64,000 nt of DNA from Eledone cirrhosa (lineage: Eukaryota). Under the pieces are notes generated by a model. The model was not told the origin of the DNA. It made no database searches and worked only from the letters and a program-made list of their open reading frames with translations. Below, piece by piece: positions 1 to 12,545 of the stretch (position 1 is its first letter; each line of letters opens with the position of its first letter). The position numbers and the translations under genes were made by a program. The stretch spans positions 281,914,001-281,978,000 of the forward strand of contig OZ024741.1 of the NCBI GenBank assembly GCA_964016885.1. The letters are read 5' to 3'.

Positions 1-650
1 TTGTCGTCTCACAGTTAGAAGATCCCAGAAAAACTGTTGCGCAAAGTGCTAAAAATAACAGCCAAAATTGATGGTCAGTTTTGCGGTTGAGCGTTGATCT
101 GTTTGAGTTCAGATGAAGTTGTGACCATAGAAACGAGCATGCAGGATAAGTGTACAGTAACTAACACCAATTTACGACATTGTAGTGTCGCAAATTTCTT
201 ACTGGCAAATACAAAAAATAGCTTGGGCTGATGAAGTCCTTGAAAAAGAAATAGCAAAGCGTGTGTATCTCAGTGAGTCCAGCTTGTGCACTACACACAA
301 GGTGAAATTGAAGTTGAAAAAATTTCTTTTGCACGGGAAAATTACGAAAGAGACAAGATGGCTACCGAAAATGAAAGATATAACGAAATATATTTCCAGT
401 GAGTGAGACACATTTAGATGATACAACACGTGAGATGTAGGAAAATGTTATTGCTCATTGGAGGAACTGTTTTTTTGTTTGTCAGAGAAAATTTGTGTCC
501 TTGAAGCCGGAGAAATTTTTTTGTCCAAAATGCCACATTAGGTGGAAGAAAGTGTGTCCCAACGAAAAATTCACCACGTGTTTGGTGTCTGTGTATACGT
601 CTGCTTGTTCCTTATTTTTTTGTTCTTTCGGGTTGCAAATTTAATATGAA

Positions 651-3570
651 TTCATCATCATCATCATCATCACCGTCTTACGTCCGTTCTTCCACGCTAG
701 CATGGGTTAGACGGGTTGTCCTGTTGTGGGCAGTGTCTGGTCGGCTGACCATGCCTTGCTCATACAGGAACTGATTTGGCTTGATTTCTACAGCTGGATG
801 CCCTTCCTAACACCAACCTCATTTACAGTGAGGGCTGGGTGCTTTTTCGTGGCGCCTACACGTCCACTTTACAGTGTGGGCTGGGTGCTTTTTTGCCGTG
901 GCACCTCCACGACCACCTTGCGGTGGGGGGTGTGGGGGCATATTGTCTATATGCTTCAGCTTCGGCTTGTACCCATGGGAGGTCGGGTACTCTGTATTAC
1001 TGCATGACGCCAGAAGTCACGGTCGTGTGTCATTGTCTTTGACTTTGAAAGGTGTAATTGGGTAAGGTCGGCTTTTATCACCTCATCCCAGGTCATCTTG
1101 GGTCTCCCCACTCCGCGGTTTCCATCAACTTCTAGTGCTCTGCACCTTTTTATGCAGCTGTCATCCTTCATACGCATCACATGTCCATACCAGCGCAACC
1201 GCCTCTCCTGCACGCAGCATTTGATTCCTCTTATGCTCAGTCTCTCTCTCAATTCATTTATGCTTTGTCGTTCACGTATATTATTGTTACACATCCATCG
1301 GAGCATGCAGGCTTCGTTTCTCTCTAATCTACGTAAGTCTTCCACCTTCAGCGCCCAGGTCTCGCTACCATGCAACATCGCTGTTCGAATACACGCATCA
1401 TACAGTCTGCCTTTCATTCTGAGGGAGAAGCCTTTTGCAGCTAGCAGTGGTAGTAGTTCCCTAAACTTCTTCCATCCCGTTCTTACCCTAGTTATTGCAC
1501 TTTCTGAACACCCACCTCCGTTGCTAATTCGGTCATCTAGGTAGCAGAAGCTGTCTACTGTTTCTACAGGGCCCTCCCAGAGATTGGTGGTACTTGTTTC
1601 CTGTGGCTGTTTGCTGTTTGCTGTCTCAGCACAGCTGTTGCATGTGAATCCTACATTCTTAATTAAGCTTCCTGAGATCCCGCTACATCTCTTGTGTACC
1701 CATTGTTTGCATTTGGGGCAGAGAATGGAGTTCCTACCTACATCTTTCCTACATACTGAGCAAGGCCATTTCCCTGAAGGGATCTGGGTTCTGTTTTCTC
1801 GTCTACTTACAAGGACCTTAGTCTTTGTCATGTTGACTTTGAGACCCTTTCTTTCTAGTCCCTGCTTCCAGGTTTGGAATTTATTCTCTAGTTCTACCAT
1901 AGATTCAGCTATGAGTGCGAGGTCATCAGCATACAGGAGTTCCCATGGGCATCCGGTCTTAAACTCCTCCGTTATTGCCTGCAGGACTATGATGAACAGG
2001 AGAGGGCTAAGAACAGAGCCCTGGTGGACCCCAACCTGTACGCTAAATTCCTCGCTATACTCATTGCTAATCCTAACTTTGCTGACTGCTCCCCTATACA
2101 TGGATTGTACCGCTTTCACAAGCCATTCATCTACTCCTAGTTTTCTAAGAGCCCACCAGATTACAGCACGTGGAACTCTGTCAAAGGCTTTCTCAAGGTC
2201 GACAAATGCCAAGTAGAGTGGCTTACTTTTAGCTAGGTACTTTTCCTGTAATTGCTTCACAAGGAAGAGGGCATCAGTGGTGCCTCTTCCTGGTACAAAC
2301 CCAAATTGCATCTCGTCTATTTTCACCCGGTCCCTAATCAGCTGTGCTATAACTCTTTCTGTTACTTTCATGACCTGGTCCATCAACTTCATACCTCTAT
2401 AGTTTCCTCTATCTAGTGCATCGCCTTTACCTTTGTAGCAGTTGACAATGATGCTACTGCACCAATCTTTTGGTATGGCCCCTTCTAGTATTACCTGGTT
2501 AACGATACGTGTGGTTATAGTGTGACCTACAGACCCAGATGCCTTCAGCATCTCGGCAGCTATACCCGATGGACCAGTTGCCTTCCCCATCTTCATATCT
2601 TTGATTGCCTTACTTACTACGCTGGCGCTGACTTGTACTGCTGGTCCCTCTATAGGGTCTACTTGGGGTAGGGTCTCTTCTTCCCATGCATTCTCCTCAT
2701 TTAGTAATCTATCATAATGACTCTTCCATGCATCTTTCTTCTCAGCACTTGTGAGGGCAAGCTCACCTTTATCATTCCGGATACACTTCTCTCCAATGAC
2801 ATCACAACTATCTCTGACACACTGCCTCGCAATCTTGAATACCTCCTGTTTCTGGTCCTCACGTTGTAAAACATGCTTGAATTTTCTATCCTCTGCTTCC
2901 CTTCTAGCTAAGTATACTTGTCGCCTAGCTTCCCTCTTGGTCTCTATGTAATGTACCCTGCTCCCCCCGTTCTTCCATTCTTTCCATGCCTGTCTCTTGG
3001 CCTTGACTGCTTCATCTACCTTATTGTTCCACCACCAAGTCACTCTCCTCCTGCTTGAGGTCTTACTCCAGCCACAGACCTCATCCGTCGCTTCTAGTAA
3101 ATTATTTTTTAGGAACTCCCAGTTCTCTTCTACATTAAATGTCTATATCTGTTCTTCTTTACTGTCGTAGGCGTTGAGTAAAATATCTTTAAATCTGTTA
3201 CTGGTTGAGGGGACTTTCAGCTTCCAGATCTTTCTTCTCCAGGTTGGCCTCTGTTTCCGGGTTCGACTAGTTCTGACCGTGAGGTCGCTGACAACTAAGC
3301 TATGTTGGGATGTACATTCCTCACTAGGGAAGGCTTTTGTGTTTACGACCGTCCGTCCGTCACGTCCTCTGATGAGGATAAAATCTAACTGACTAGAGTG
3401 CTCCCCTGATCTATAGGTGATCAGGTGGTTGTTGGGTTTTTTAAAGTTTGTGTTACATATCGACATGTCATTGGCGTCGCAGAATTCTAGAAGTCTGAAT
3501 CCTTCCTCATTCCTTGTGCCAACCCCATGGCCTCCATGTACTCTATTGAAGCCGTCGCAGTGTTTACCTA
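651..3570 (-). mobile_element. 5'-truncated RTE-clade non-LTR retrotransposon with (GAT)n tail
   Basis: APE endonuclease end (3143-3560: YRSGEHSSQLDFILIR), RT ORF 956-3043, 3' UTR, and (TCA)n tract at 651-671. Closely similar to the copy at 37-40.8 kb. Confidence 0.95.
956..3043 (-). CDS. RTE ORF2 reverse transcriptase portion with embedded PHD-like zinc finger; upstream EN part is separated by a stop, so probably inactive
   Basis: Motifs QFGFVPGRGTTDA, AFVDLEKAFDRVPR, GVHQGSVLSPLLF, LLYADDL; finger CSVC..CPKC..VHKRC..FTCNSC; C-terminal RLRWYGHVMRM..GRPKMTW. Confidence 0.9.
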   Translation of the reverse strand: MTWWWNNKVDEAVKAKRQAWKEWKNGGSRVHYIETKREARRQVYLARREAEDRKFKHVLQREDQKQEVFKIARQCVRDSCDVIGEKCIRNDKGELALTSAEKKDAWKSHYDRLLNEENAWEEETLPQVDPIEGPAVQVSASVVSKAIKDMKMGKATGPSGIAAEMLKASGSVGHTITTRIVNQVILEGAIPKDWCSSIIVNCYKGKGDALDRGNYRGMKLMDQVMKVTERVIAQLIRDRVKIDEMQFGFVPGRGTTDALFLVKQLQEKYLAKSKPLYLAFVDLEKAFDRVPRAVIWWALRKLGVDEWLVKAVQSMYRGAVSKVRISNEYSEEFSVQVGVHQGSVLSPLLFIIVLQAITEEFKTGCPWELLYADDLALIAESMVELENKFQTWKQGLERKGLKVNMTKTKVLVSRRENRTQIPSGKWPCSVCRKDVGRNSILCPKCKQWVHKRCSGISGSLIKNVGFTCNSCAETANSKQPQETSTTNLWEGPVETVDSFCYLDDRISNGGGCSESAITRVRTGWKKFRELLPLLAAKGFSLRMKGRLYDACIRTAMLHGSETWALKVEDLRRLERNEACMLRWMCNNNIRERQSINELRERLSIRGIKCCVQERRLRWYGHVMRMKDDSCIKRCRALEVDGNRGVGRPKMTWDEVIKADLTQLHLSKSKTMTHDRDFWRHAVIQSTRPPMGTSRS

Positions 3571-3984
3571 AATTGTAGATATATATCACCAAGACTTTAG
3601 CATGTTTTTACATAATTTATTAACAAAGGTTAAGAGGTAGATTAAGCTGGCATGCCAAAAGAAATGAAATAAACCAATTAAGATTGCAAGAGAAGGTACG
3701 GTCGACTGGCTGAGGCATTGGCCAGGCCTGTAGTAATGTTTTGTCGTTACATATTGTTCGTGCTTGCAAAGCAAAAGAAGAATTGGTGTTTACCTTAGTA
3801 AGGTTAAGCGTCAAGGGAGAGAGGCGCCAGAACACTCCCTTATATTTGGGCCACGGGGAAGTAACTCCAATTAGTTTGGCTCCCCGGACAAAGGTGGACC
3901 TAGTCACTACACTTTTTCTGCTTCTTTACTTCTCCTTTTCTTCTTCTTTACTTCTTTACTTTTTTCTTTTTCTTTGTCATTTTC

Positions 3985-4030
3985 TTCCTTCTTCTTCTTC
4001 TTCTTCTTCTTCTTCTTCTTCTTCTTCTTC
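3985..4030. repeat. (TTC)n microsatellite
   Basis: Direct read. Confidence 0.95.
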
Positions 4031-4331
4031 AATACAATGCAGTCACATTGCTATGTTGTACTTCTTTTATGACTGATTTGTTAATGTGGTTTCATGCTGT
4101 ATAGGACATTAAGCTTTAATACATAGGAAACGTTAGTATACAAGAATGAAAGCATTGAAAATATCAATTATTACAATAAACCGGAAGTGAGTAAAAAGAG
4201 AAGTAAAGTTTATATGTGATGGTGTGGAAAGAAAAATTAAACAATAAAATAAAAGGAAAGAAGATAGAAGGGTCTAAACCCTTTACCCTTAACTGAACAA
4301 TATATCTCAGCTAATATTATTATGAATGAAC

Positions 4332-4520
4332 GGTGGATTGGCAGTATCGGTAGAGAGTTGGACACCATGCTTTGAAGCATAGAGTTACGTCCCTTTATGA
4401 TCTGAGTTCAAATCCTGCCGAGGTTAACTTTGTCTTTCATCCTTACGGGGTCAATAAAATAAAGTACCAGTAATACACTGGTTAATTGCTGGCCTTGTGC
4501 CAAAAGTAGAAACAATTATT
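4332..4520 (+). mobile_element. tRNA-derived SINE (family A) with Deu/Nin-like core
   Basis: A-box-like TGGCAGTATCGG, B-box GAGTTCAAATCC, core CTTTCATCCTTACGGGGTCAATAAAATAAAGTACCAG, end GTAGAAACAATTATT; at least 10 copies in the window. Confidence 0.9.
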
Positions 4521-5569
4521 ATGAGTGAACTGCTTCATCACCTTTTAACACTTATCTTTCTCTCTCTCCTCCCCCTCTCACTCTCCTTCTCTCTGTCTCT
4601 ATCAGTCTCCTTCTCTCTGTTTCTCTGTCTGACTCTCTCTCTGATGTTTTGTCTCTCACTCCCTCCTTTCTCTGTCTCTCTCCTATCCTCTCTTTGTTTC
4701 TCTGTCTCTTTCCCTCCCCCTCTCTCCCTCTGTCACTTACACTGAATCAACAGACATCCTCACACTTTCTGTCTTCTTCCTCTTAAGTTTTTCTTCTTTC
4801 TTTACACCATTTCATGAATCATCTGATTATCCCCTTCATCTCTCTCCCTTTCTCCCTCCTTCCCCTCTTACTCTTTCTCACCCTCCCTTCCCTTCCCTCT
4901 CTCTCTCACTAGTCTGTGCCTGGTTGTAAAGCAGTCAGATTTCTCTTTATAAATGAAGCTAATTTTTCTCATTCCTTCACTAACACCATTTAAATGAGTC
5001 AATCCTTCCCTCTTACATCCCTTTGGCTATTTATCACTTTGAAGGAAGTGAATGTCAACCTTTACCCTTTCAACTATAAAATAGTTGATTCTAGATTTTA
5101 AGCTGTTAACTCTTAACATCCTGTAATGATTTAGCCGAAAATATCTGAAAACATGTTTGTCATTTCAAATGTTTAGAATATCTTTACTAATGGACAGATT
5201 GTAATGAAAATTTGCAGTAGTATCTCTTACTTTCCTGTAATGAGTTAGCAGAAAATATCTAAAGACAGGTTTGTCAATTCAAATGTTTATAGTATCTTTA
5301 CTAGTGGACAGTTTTGAGTGAGTTGGTATCAAAAGAGCCCTTGAGATTTTGGGGGTCATTTACAAGGTCAGAGACTCATCCCAACCTATTCTTGTTGTCA
5401 TTGGTGTTTAGTTCCTGGTCAGTCCTGCCTAAGCAGACTTGTAATCAAAGTCATTATCGCATTTTTTTGTAAAAATATAAATATATCTAGAACTACATTA
5501 CTTTGATATACATGTCTCCTTCTCTTCCAAATGTAGGATATGAGTTGAGGGAGAACTAACTACTATTTC

Positions 5570-5837
5570 TAGCAGGTTGAATGGCCATGTAGAGGTTCCG
5601 CACAACACATGTCAGGACAGCCCATCATCTCCATTGATGGAAAATGAAAGACAGCCCAACATGTGACTGTGGGAACCCTGATCAGACAGTACTGCATGTT
5701 GTTCAGCATTGCCCCCTCAGAAGTTTTCCCAGTGGTCTGGAGGCTATCCATAATGTTGCAGATGTTGCCTTGGTCTGGCTCGCCATCTCGACCTGCCTCT
5801 CTAGCTACTGTGCATAAATCACACGACAAGAAGAAGA
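5570..5837 (+). mobile_element. 3' fragment of an Ingi/Vingi-like LINE (C-terminal zinc knuckle, GAA tail)
   Basis: Hand translation LH*WKMKDSPTCDCGNPDQTVLHVVQHCPLRSFPSGLEAIHNVADVALVWL, followed by CAAGAAGAAGA. Confidence 0.7.
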
Positions 5838-6617
5838 CCCGATTGAATTCTCTGGATTAAATAAAAACCAGCTGACACCATATCATCTGTAATGCAGATG
5901 ACAGCCATGATAATTTGTAATGAAAGATATTCAGGAGTTGAACTGGCAATCATTAAATTAAATGCCTCAGTATTTTTTCTGACTCACTCTATACCGAGTT
6001 CAAATCCTGCTGAAGTCAACTTTGTCTTTCATCCTTTCAAGGTCCATAAATGAAGTACCAGACCACTACTGAGTGTGTGTGTGTGTGTGTGGGGGGGGGG
6101 GGTCAATCTCTCTCTCTTTCTCTCTATCTCTGAAAGTATTCATCTGTGTTGTTCAGACCTGGAAAGAGATGAACTCCACCAGATTTAAAATACCTGAGAC
6201 ATGTCATATTTTAGGACAGCACCCCAACAACTCCAGCAAGAGTTGAGCTCAGAACATAAAGAGCCAAAACAAATATAGTTCAAAACATTTCCTCAGTTGC
6301 TCTAACAATTTTGCCAATCCATCACTTCATATAAAGAGAAATGACTTGACTCTAATTGTTAATGGCTTCCTGCTTAATTAAGAACTCTGATAAGTGTTTG
6401 TTGATTGAAGAGAGGATTTAAGATTGAAAACCAATGATTTTTTATAAAGGACAAGAGTTTGCCAGATTAAATATATTTTCTTTGTCATTTTTAATACCAT
6501 TTTCTATTGTTGTTATTTGAATGAATTACTTTACCACATGTTCCAGCTGAGAGGCTGAGGTCATGCTGGGGTAACACCACCACACTAAACTTTCTGTAGC
6601 CAGCTTTCCTTGGTTGG

Positions 6618-6790
6618 CTATTGATGCAAAAGGGAATTTTTTGCTGCTGCCCTTATTTGTTCTTTGCTTAATGTTGTGGGTTCATCCGGGATCCTGGTTA
6701 GCAGAATGTCGAGATGTTTCTTGAAAACGTCTACATGCACACCAGATTTTTTGGCAACTTAATTGCTGGTCATTTGCATGAATAACTCTC
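6618..6790 (-). mobile_element. 3' fragment of a CR1/L2-like LINE
   Basis: Minus-strand translation VHVDVFKKHLDILLTRIPDEPTTLSKEQIRAAAKNSLLHQ*, resembling the CR1 ORF2 C-terminus. Confidence 0.65.
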
Positions 6791-7746
6791 TGAAATTATC
6801 AAAATAGCTCTGTGTTACTGATTCAAACACTTTTCTGAACTGTTTATACAGGATGTTTTTAAAACAATTGATATCATTTGAAATGTAAATATCCAGTCTC
6901 ATCCTAAACTATGTAGTTTCTGGGATATTTACATCTCAAATGATATTAAAAAAATTTAAAACACCCTGTATTTCTCAGTAAAAACAAATGGTTTGAGTAA
7001 TGCCTTTTTCTCAACAGCCTGTATTTCAAAATGTTGGTAGTTGGATGAGAAGAGGTGGTTGTGTGTAGAGGTCAGCATTATAGAGGAACAGAGAGTGTGA
7101 AGTGGGATAGAAAGGCTATAAATAATTTGTCTTTTTTTTTGGGGGGGGGGGGTACTGTCCTCCTTCCTACACAAGTTGTATCTCTATTCTGTCCACCAGG
7201 GCTGTGGGTCAGCCAGCACGTGAGCCCCCATTTGCTCATAATAGGGAGAGGTGGGGAGAGCAGGAGAGACAGAGGCAGTGACAGTGGGAGTTTGAATCCT
7301 TTGTGTTCGGACCTGGTGTATATGTTTCACAGACTCACCCTTACATTGTACATGTTGAATAGCTTACATAGCTAACTTTGTAAAGTCAAACGAAAAAAAA
7401 AAAATAATAATAAATGAAACAAAAAAAAGAAGAAAGAGAAAAAAATGAAGCAATGAAGGAATGGGAGAGAGGGAGGGACAGACTCTACACTCCAGTCAGG
7501 CAGAATGGAGAATGTCTAGTGACACTCAGCCTCATAGGGCTCCTTTCTTACAGAAGAAATCAGGATTTCTCAGATGATAAGAGTGTTCTTTTAGTTTGTA
7601 TTTTCTTTTATTCAGAGATAATGATGACTTAACCCTTTCCTTATCATATTTCTTATGAAACACACTGCCTACAAATTTTAAATAATTTTGAAAATAGTCA
7701 AGAATTTGTAGAGATTTAGTAATGTAACTAATTTTATCATTATTAA

Positions 7747-7862
7747 CTCTTAATGACCTGTACCACATGAAAAGGCATTAGGAAGACATTCTTGAAAAGT
7801 ACAAAACACCACTATGACTGCATCACATTAACACTGAAAGTCTTTATCATCATCATCACACG

Positions 7863-7895
<33 letters not shown>

Positions 7896-8048
7896 CCATT
7901 TTTCATCTGTTTTTCCATGCTTATATGGATAAATCTAATACGGTAGATGTTTACAATAATCTGTCCATCAGTAAAAACATTATAAACATTTGAATTAATA
8001 AACCTCTTTTTAGATATTTTTTGTTAAATCATTACAGGATGTTAAGAG
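7747..8048. mobile_element. TTAA-flanked (piggyBac-type) MITE, nested in another TTAA-CCCTT repeat (~7630-8112)
   Basis: TTAA at 7743-7746 and 8049-8052; TIRs CTCTTAATGACCTGTA / TACAGGATGTTAAGAG. Related ends occur at 5106 and 26153-27816. Confidence 0.75.
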
Positions 8049-8829
8049 TTAAATTGGTGTTTGGAATATAGCTTAACAAAAGTTTGTACATAAAATTATG
8101 ATGGAAGGTTAAGCAGTAATATAAACAGTAATATAATGAATATTATTATAAACTGTATATCAGATTTATATATATATGTGTGTGTGTGTGTGTATGTGTA
8201 GGAATAATAAAAACAAAGATCAAAATCCAAAGGGAACTCGATATAATCCCATGCAGCAAATATTTATTATTAGTACAGATTAAAAGTTTAAGCAAAGTAT
8301 TTCTGCTTTCACCCTAAGCAAGATCATCTGAAACTGAGAAAAATTGATCTATAGACACAGAAGTAAATGTTTAAAAAAAAATTATGACCAAATATTGCCT
8401 TTAGAAAACAGGAAGACATAACTGTAACATGTGAAGACATTCTCTTGAGATGAGCTGAATGTATGCAAGGAGAATTACGTCATTATGTGGAGCGGGAAGA
8501 ATAAATTCTTGTTATGGAAAAATTATGAGACTAATATTCTTTTTAGAATAGCTGAATAATTTCCAGCTACCTTATATGGAAAATGATACTAATAGTACTA
8601 AAATACTGAAGTAATGATAATAAGGAAAACATTAATAATAATTGTTTCTACTTTTGGCACAAAAAACATTAATAATAATGTTTTGTGATTTAGGCTCATA
8701 CATAAGTATACGTTGACTGGTGTGGATGCATGCATAGATGAAAATATGGTGTATGAAAATAAATTACACACACATATATATATATAAATTGAGTATAAAG
8801 TTTGATTGTTCTTAGCTACCACATCATGA

Positions 8830-10025
8830 TGTATATCACCAGCATAATGTCTATACTATCTGTTAGGATATAGTGTTGGGCTGTAGTACAAAAATATTTT
8901 ATACAGTTTATGTTTACAAGTTGAAAGTGCCTCAGATTTTTTGTTTAAAATTGTTTGTTGACGTAAAAGAATTCCAGGGCTTCAGTGGCACAAAGATCAC
9001 ACAGTCTTTTATTTCAGTTATAGAATCTAGCTTTAGCTAAGATCTCCAAGTGTAACCTATATCGGATATTATTGTCTTTTAAACTCCAGGTTAGGCTGGA
9101 CTGAAAGTGAAGTCATATTCCTTCTTACAGGGTTTCGAAAGGAATTTTGAAAGGTTCATGTATAAATGCTGCTTAAATCTATTGGTAGTTAACCCTATGT
9201 AAGCCTTATTGGTTGTGGGTGTATCAACCTCACATTTATAAACCACATTGCTTGATAGGCATTTCCCAGCAGTAGTCCCTATTGATACAATTGTAGCTAG
9301 AACTAACTTCAGGATTGTTTATATTACAACGGCTAAGTAATTTAGCTAAGATAGATGCAGTGATGTTGTGAGTGAGGTTGAGAGTTGTGGAATAGAATGT
9401 GATATTTATGTGATAAGGGGAAATGCTTCTTAATTAAAGTAAGGAAGTCTTAGCTATTGGTGTAGCCACTTCCATATTATATGGTCAATAACATATAATA
9501 TATCTGGATCTATTTTTCTTAGGTTTTTGCTTGTTCTTCATGTATTATATCTTATCCAGAAATCTGCTCTGAGCTAGAGCTTCATTGTAATATGTGGAAT
9601 GGTCGGTGCAGATATGCTCATTAGCTGATAAACGAGAAAGCCTCAATGAGACGTTTTTGACCAGATATTTAGTTATACTGCCTGGATGGTTAGAATGCTT
9701 ACTAATGAAATTTAACATGTCATTAGGCTTTCTATAAGGGTAGTACAGGCCATTGAGTGTCACATTGAAAAAATTCACCACAGATAGGTTGGCATCAACT
9801 TGAATGGAAAGGTCGAAACCTTTAAAGAAAGTAATAAGTTCCTTTCTAAACCTATCAGGGATTGGCTATGACTAAGTGCAGGGTCTGCACTTAGCCATAG
9901 CCAAAAGACCACCATCATGGTACAGATCCCTGCCTACATTAGGGAATTTATCCTGGATGGAAAAGAGTAAAAATAGATCAATAAGGTCTGTGACCTCCAC
10001 CAAATCACTGGCACCCATACTCATG
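8830..10025 (-). pseudogene. Decayed Penelope-like element (RT C-terminal part plus GIY-YIG)
   Basis: Minus-strand fragments MSMGASDLVEVTDLI, LYHDGGL, PYRKPNDMLNFISKHSNHP (ORF 9545-9781), KCLSSNVVYKCE, AYIGLTTNRFKQ, CDLCATE. Confidence 0.8.
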
Positions 10026-10221
10026 TTATACATATAACAAAATCAATAGGGATGTACAAATGAAACCGCCTTTCTTGTTTATTATTATAACACACACACA
10101 TATATATATATAGTTATGTAATAAACAACAACTAATAAGCTCTGTAACCTACATAGAGCACTCTTTTTTCCTGGACCTTTCCGACGGAATTACTTCATCT
10201 ATATATATATATATATATATA

Positions 10222-10502
10222 CATTATGAAGAGAGAAGAAACATTTAGATATAATTAGTAATAAAATGTATCATACCTAAACTGCTCCTAGATTCTTCGA
10301 CTTGAGACTAGTAAAACTTGAGACTAGTAAAAGGAGGTATCCTCTTGATAAGTCGGCAGACCTCACAAGGACTCTATATCTTTATGATGTATTGTTTTTG
10401 TTTATGCCACGAAACTACGTAGTCGAGGAATCTAGGAGCAGTTTAGGTATGATACATTTTATTACTAATTATATCTAAATGTTTCTTCTCTCTTCATAAT
10501 GT
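10222..10502. repeat. PLE-type terminal repeat remnant with ~80-bp inverted repeat and decayed hammerhead
   Basis: 10222-10302 is the reverse complement of 10421-10502; GAAA-CTACGTAG-TC at 10411-10424. Confidence 0.6.
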
Positions 10503-10660
10503 ATTTTTAACTCTGATACTGGTTCAGTCTGGTTCAACCGGATTGGTCTGTCCCAGTCATTCATTGAGCAACATCGGTGAAGTTGGCACCCTTAACTCAC
10601 GGTTGGGTGCGGATGCATTCATGTATATGTGTGTGTCCGCATGTATCTGTGTGTTTCTAA

Positions 10661-10708
<48 letters not shown>

Positions 10709-10919
10709 TTGCGAGGTTTTTGATATGAAATCGTGTGTCAAAACAAATATTGTTATACTTGGGGAGGGTCATATTGTTGTAATAATATTGCCAGAAATAA
10801 TAACAGAACACACTCACTATTTGGTTGGTTTTCGTTTCTCTATCTTTTATATCTCCACAGTTAATTCATTCGGGTCTCAATGTTTACCAACGGTCAAAAA
10901 TACAGATATAATATAGATA

Positions 10920-11785
10920 TAAACACATATATATAGTCTAACAAAGTTCTTTCGTTGCACATCTGCAACATCGTCAGTGGTGCTATTATGTTCCTTCTGT
11001 TGTATTATATATCTACGCCGTTTTTATTTTGTCTGTTTATTTATTTATTTATTTATTTTTGTCTTCTTCTCTGCGCATGCATTTGTGCGTGCGTATAGTG
11101 TTTGGGTGACTGTGTTTTGGTTATTGTATTCTATCTTAGTTTACTAGTGTGTGTTTATATGTGTTTGTTGTTATTGTGCTTGTGTATATATTTATTTATT
11201 TATATTTCTCTTAAGTCAGTATTGTTTGTTTGGGTGTTGTTATTCCATTCATTTTTTTCTGTTTAGCTTTGGCCTTCTAAGTTCTATTTCACTTGCCTCT
11301 CTGATTTGCCTATCTGCTGGGTCATTTCTATGTTTAGATATTATTTTAATTTCTATGTTGTCTATGTTACCGTCATATGGTTGTCTGGCGTGTTCGTATA
11401 GTACTGAACCGTTTTTTCGTCCTTTTAGTTCCCCCCAGTGTTGGTCTATCCTTTCTCCTATGCTACAAGTTGTCTCGCCTATGTATGTTGTTGTCATGTT
11501 TCTGCAAGTACCCTCTGTACATCTTATGCTATAGACTATGTTTCTAGTTTTACAGTTTATCCGGGGGTTTACTTTACATATAATACATTTCCTATTAGTA
11601 CAGTGGGTTTTCTTGAAAGGGGATGTTTTGCTGATCAGGGATTTTATGGTAGTTCCTGGCTTTTCTACCACTTTAATCTTTAAGTGGGTCTTTCTCAGGG
11701 CCTTTCTACACTGGTTAGTTAATTTCCCTCCTGGTGTAGCGTCCACGAACATGACACTCTGGTATCTCTGGTTGTCGTACCATGA
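10920..11785 (-). mobile_element. 5'-truncated Penelope-like element (GIY-YIG ORF 11249-11752 and 3' repeat with hammerhead core)
   Basis: CTNRKCIIC..NCKTRNIVYSIRC..YIGETTCSIGERIDQH..RQIREASEI..PKLN. Minus-strand CTGACGA-T-GTTGCA-GATG-TGCAAC-GAAA at 10949-10977. Confidence 0.9.
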
Positions 11786-11799
11786 AAAAACAGAAAAAA

Positions 11800-12545
11800 C
11801 TCACTCGATATGCAAATTAGGCTGCTCAGCCGTTAATATGCATAAGGAAAGTATATACTTTCAGACGTTCAATCATCTGGCAGGAAGGTATACGTTGCTG
11901 ACAATAGCTAATAAGCTTGAAATTAGTACAGCGTTCCTTTGTCAGTGTTGAACAAATGAGCAACGATGGTTGCTAGACACTGTACAGCTTAATTCGGGAT
12001 GTTTGTTTACAAACACACCGAGCATTATAATAAATGTTCAGTGAATCCATACGTACATATATATATGTGTGCATGTATGTATATATATATACATACTACT
12101 GTACGTCTCTATACATATATGTATGTACGTATACATACTTATATTTAAGTAACAGCCGTACTAAGAGTGAGAAATGAAATTTCGTTTCATTTTTTCCGTT
12201 TATCGTTTTCGGCGCGCCCGGCCGATTAACTCACTTGCTATGCAAATTAGGCTGCTCAGCCGTTAATATGCATAAGGAAAGTATATACTTTCAGACGTTC
12301 AATCATCTGGCAGGAAGGTATACGTTGCTGACGATAGCTAATAAGCTTGAAACTAGTACAGCGTTCCTTTGTCAGTGTTGAACAAATGAGCAACGATGGT
12401 TGCTAGACACTGCACGGCTTAATTCGGGATGTTTGTTTACAAACAAACCGAGCATTATAATAAATGTTCGGTGAATCCATATGTATGTATATATATATAC
12501 ATACTACTGTACGTCTGTATACATATATGTATGTACGTATACATA

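Noticed and set aside
1-160. Minus-strand frame reading ...HQFWLLFLALCATVFLGSSNCETT, like a signal peptide or TM segment
   Set aside because: No in-frame ATG before the upstream TAG, no convincing acceptor, and it runs off the window edge.
1098-2216. Antisense ORFs over the RTE (also 39384-40235 and those over the CRE and Tx1 elements)
   Set aside because: Shadow ORFs of retroelement coding strands with no domain motifs.
4332-4420. tRNA gene (A/B boxes, GTTCAAATCC)
   Set aside because: No cloverleaf, and it continues into a SINE body in many copies.
11810-11817. Octamer ATGCAAAT plus TATA-like palindrome as a snRNA-type promoter in the 430-bp unit
   Set aside because: No recognisable PSE or proper spacing, and both motifs are explained as hairpin arms; kept only as a side note.
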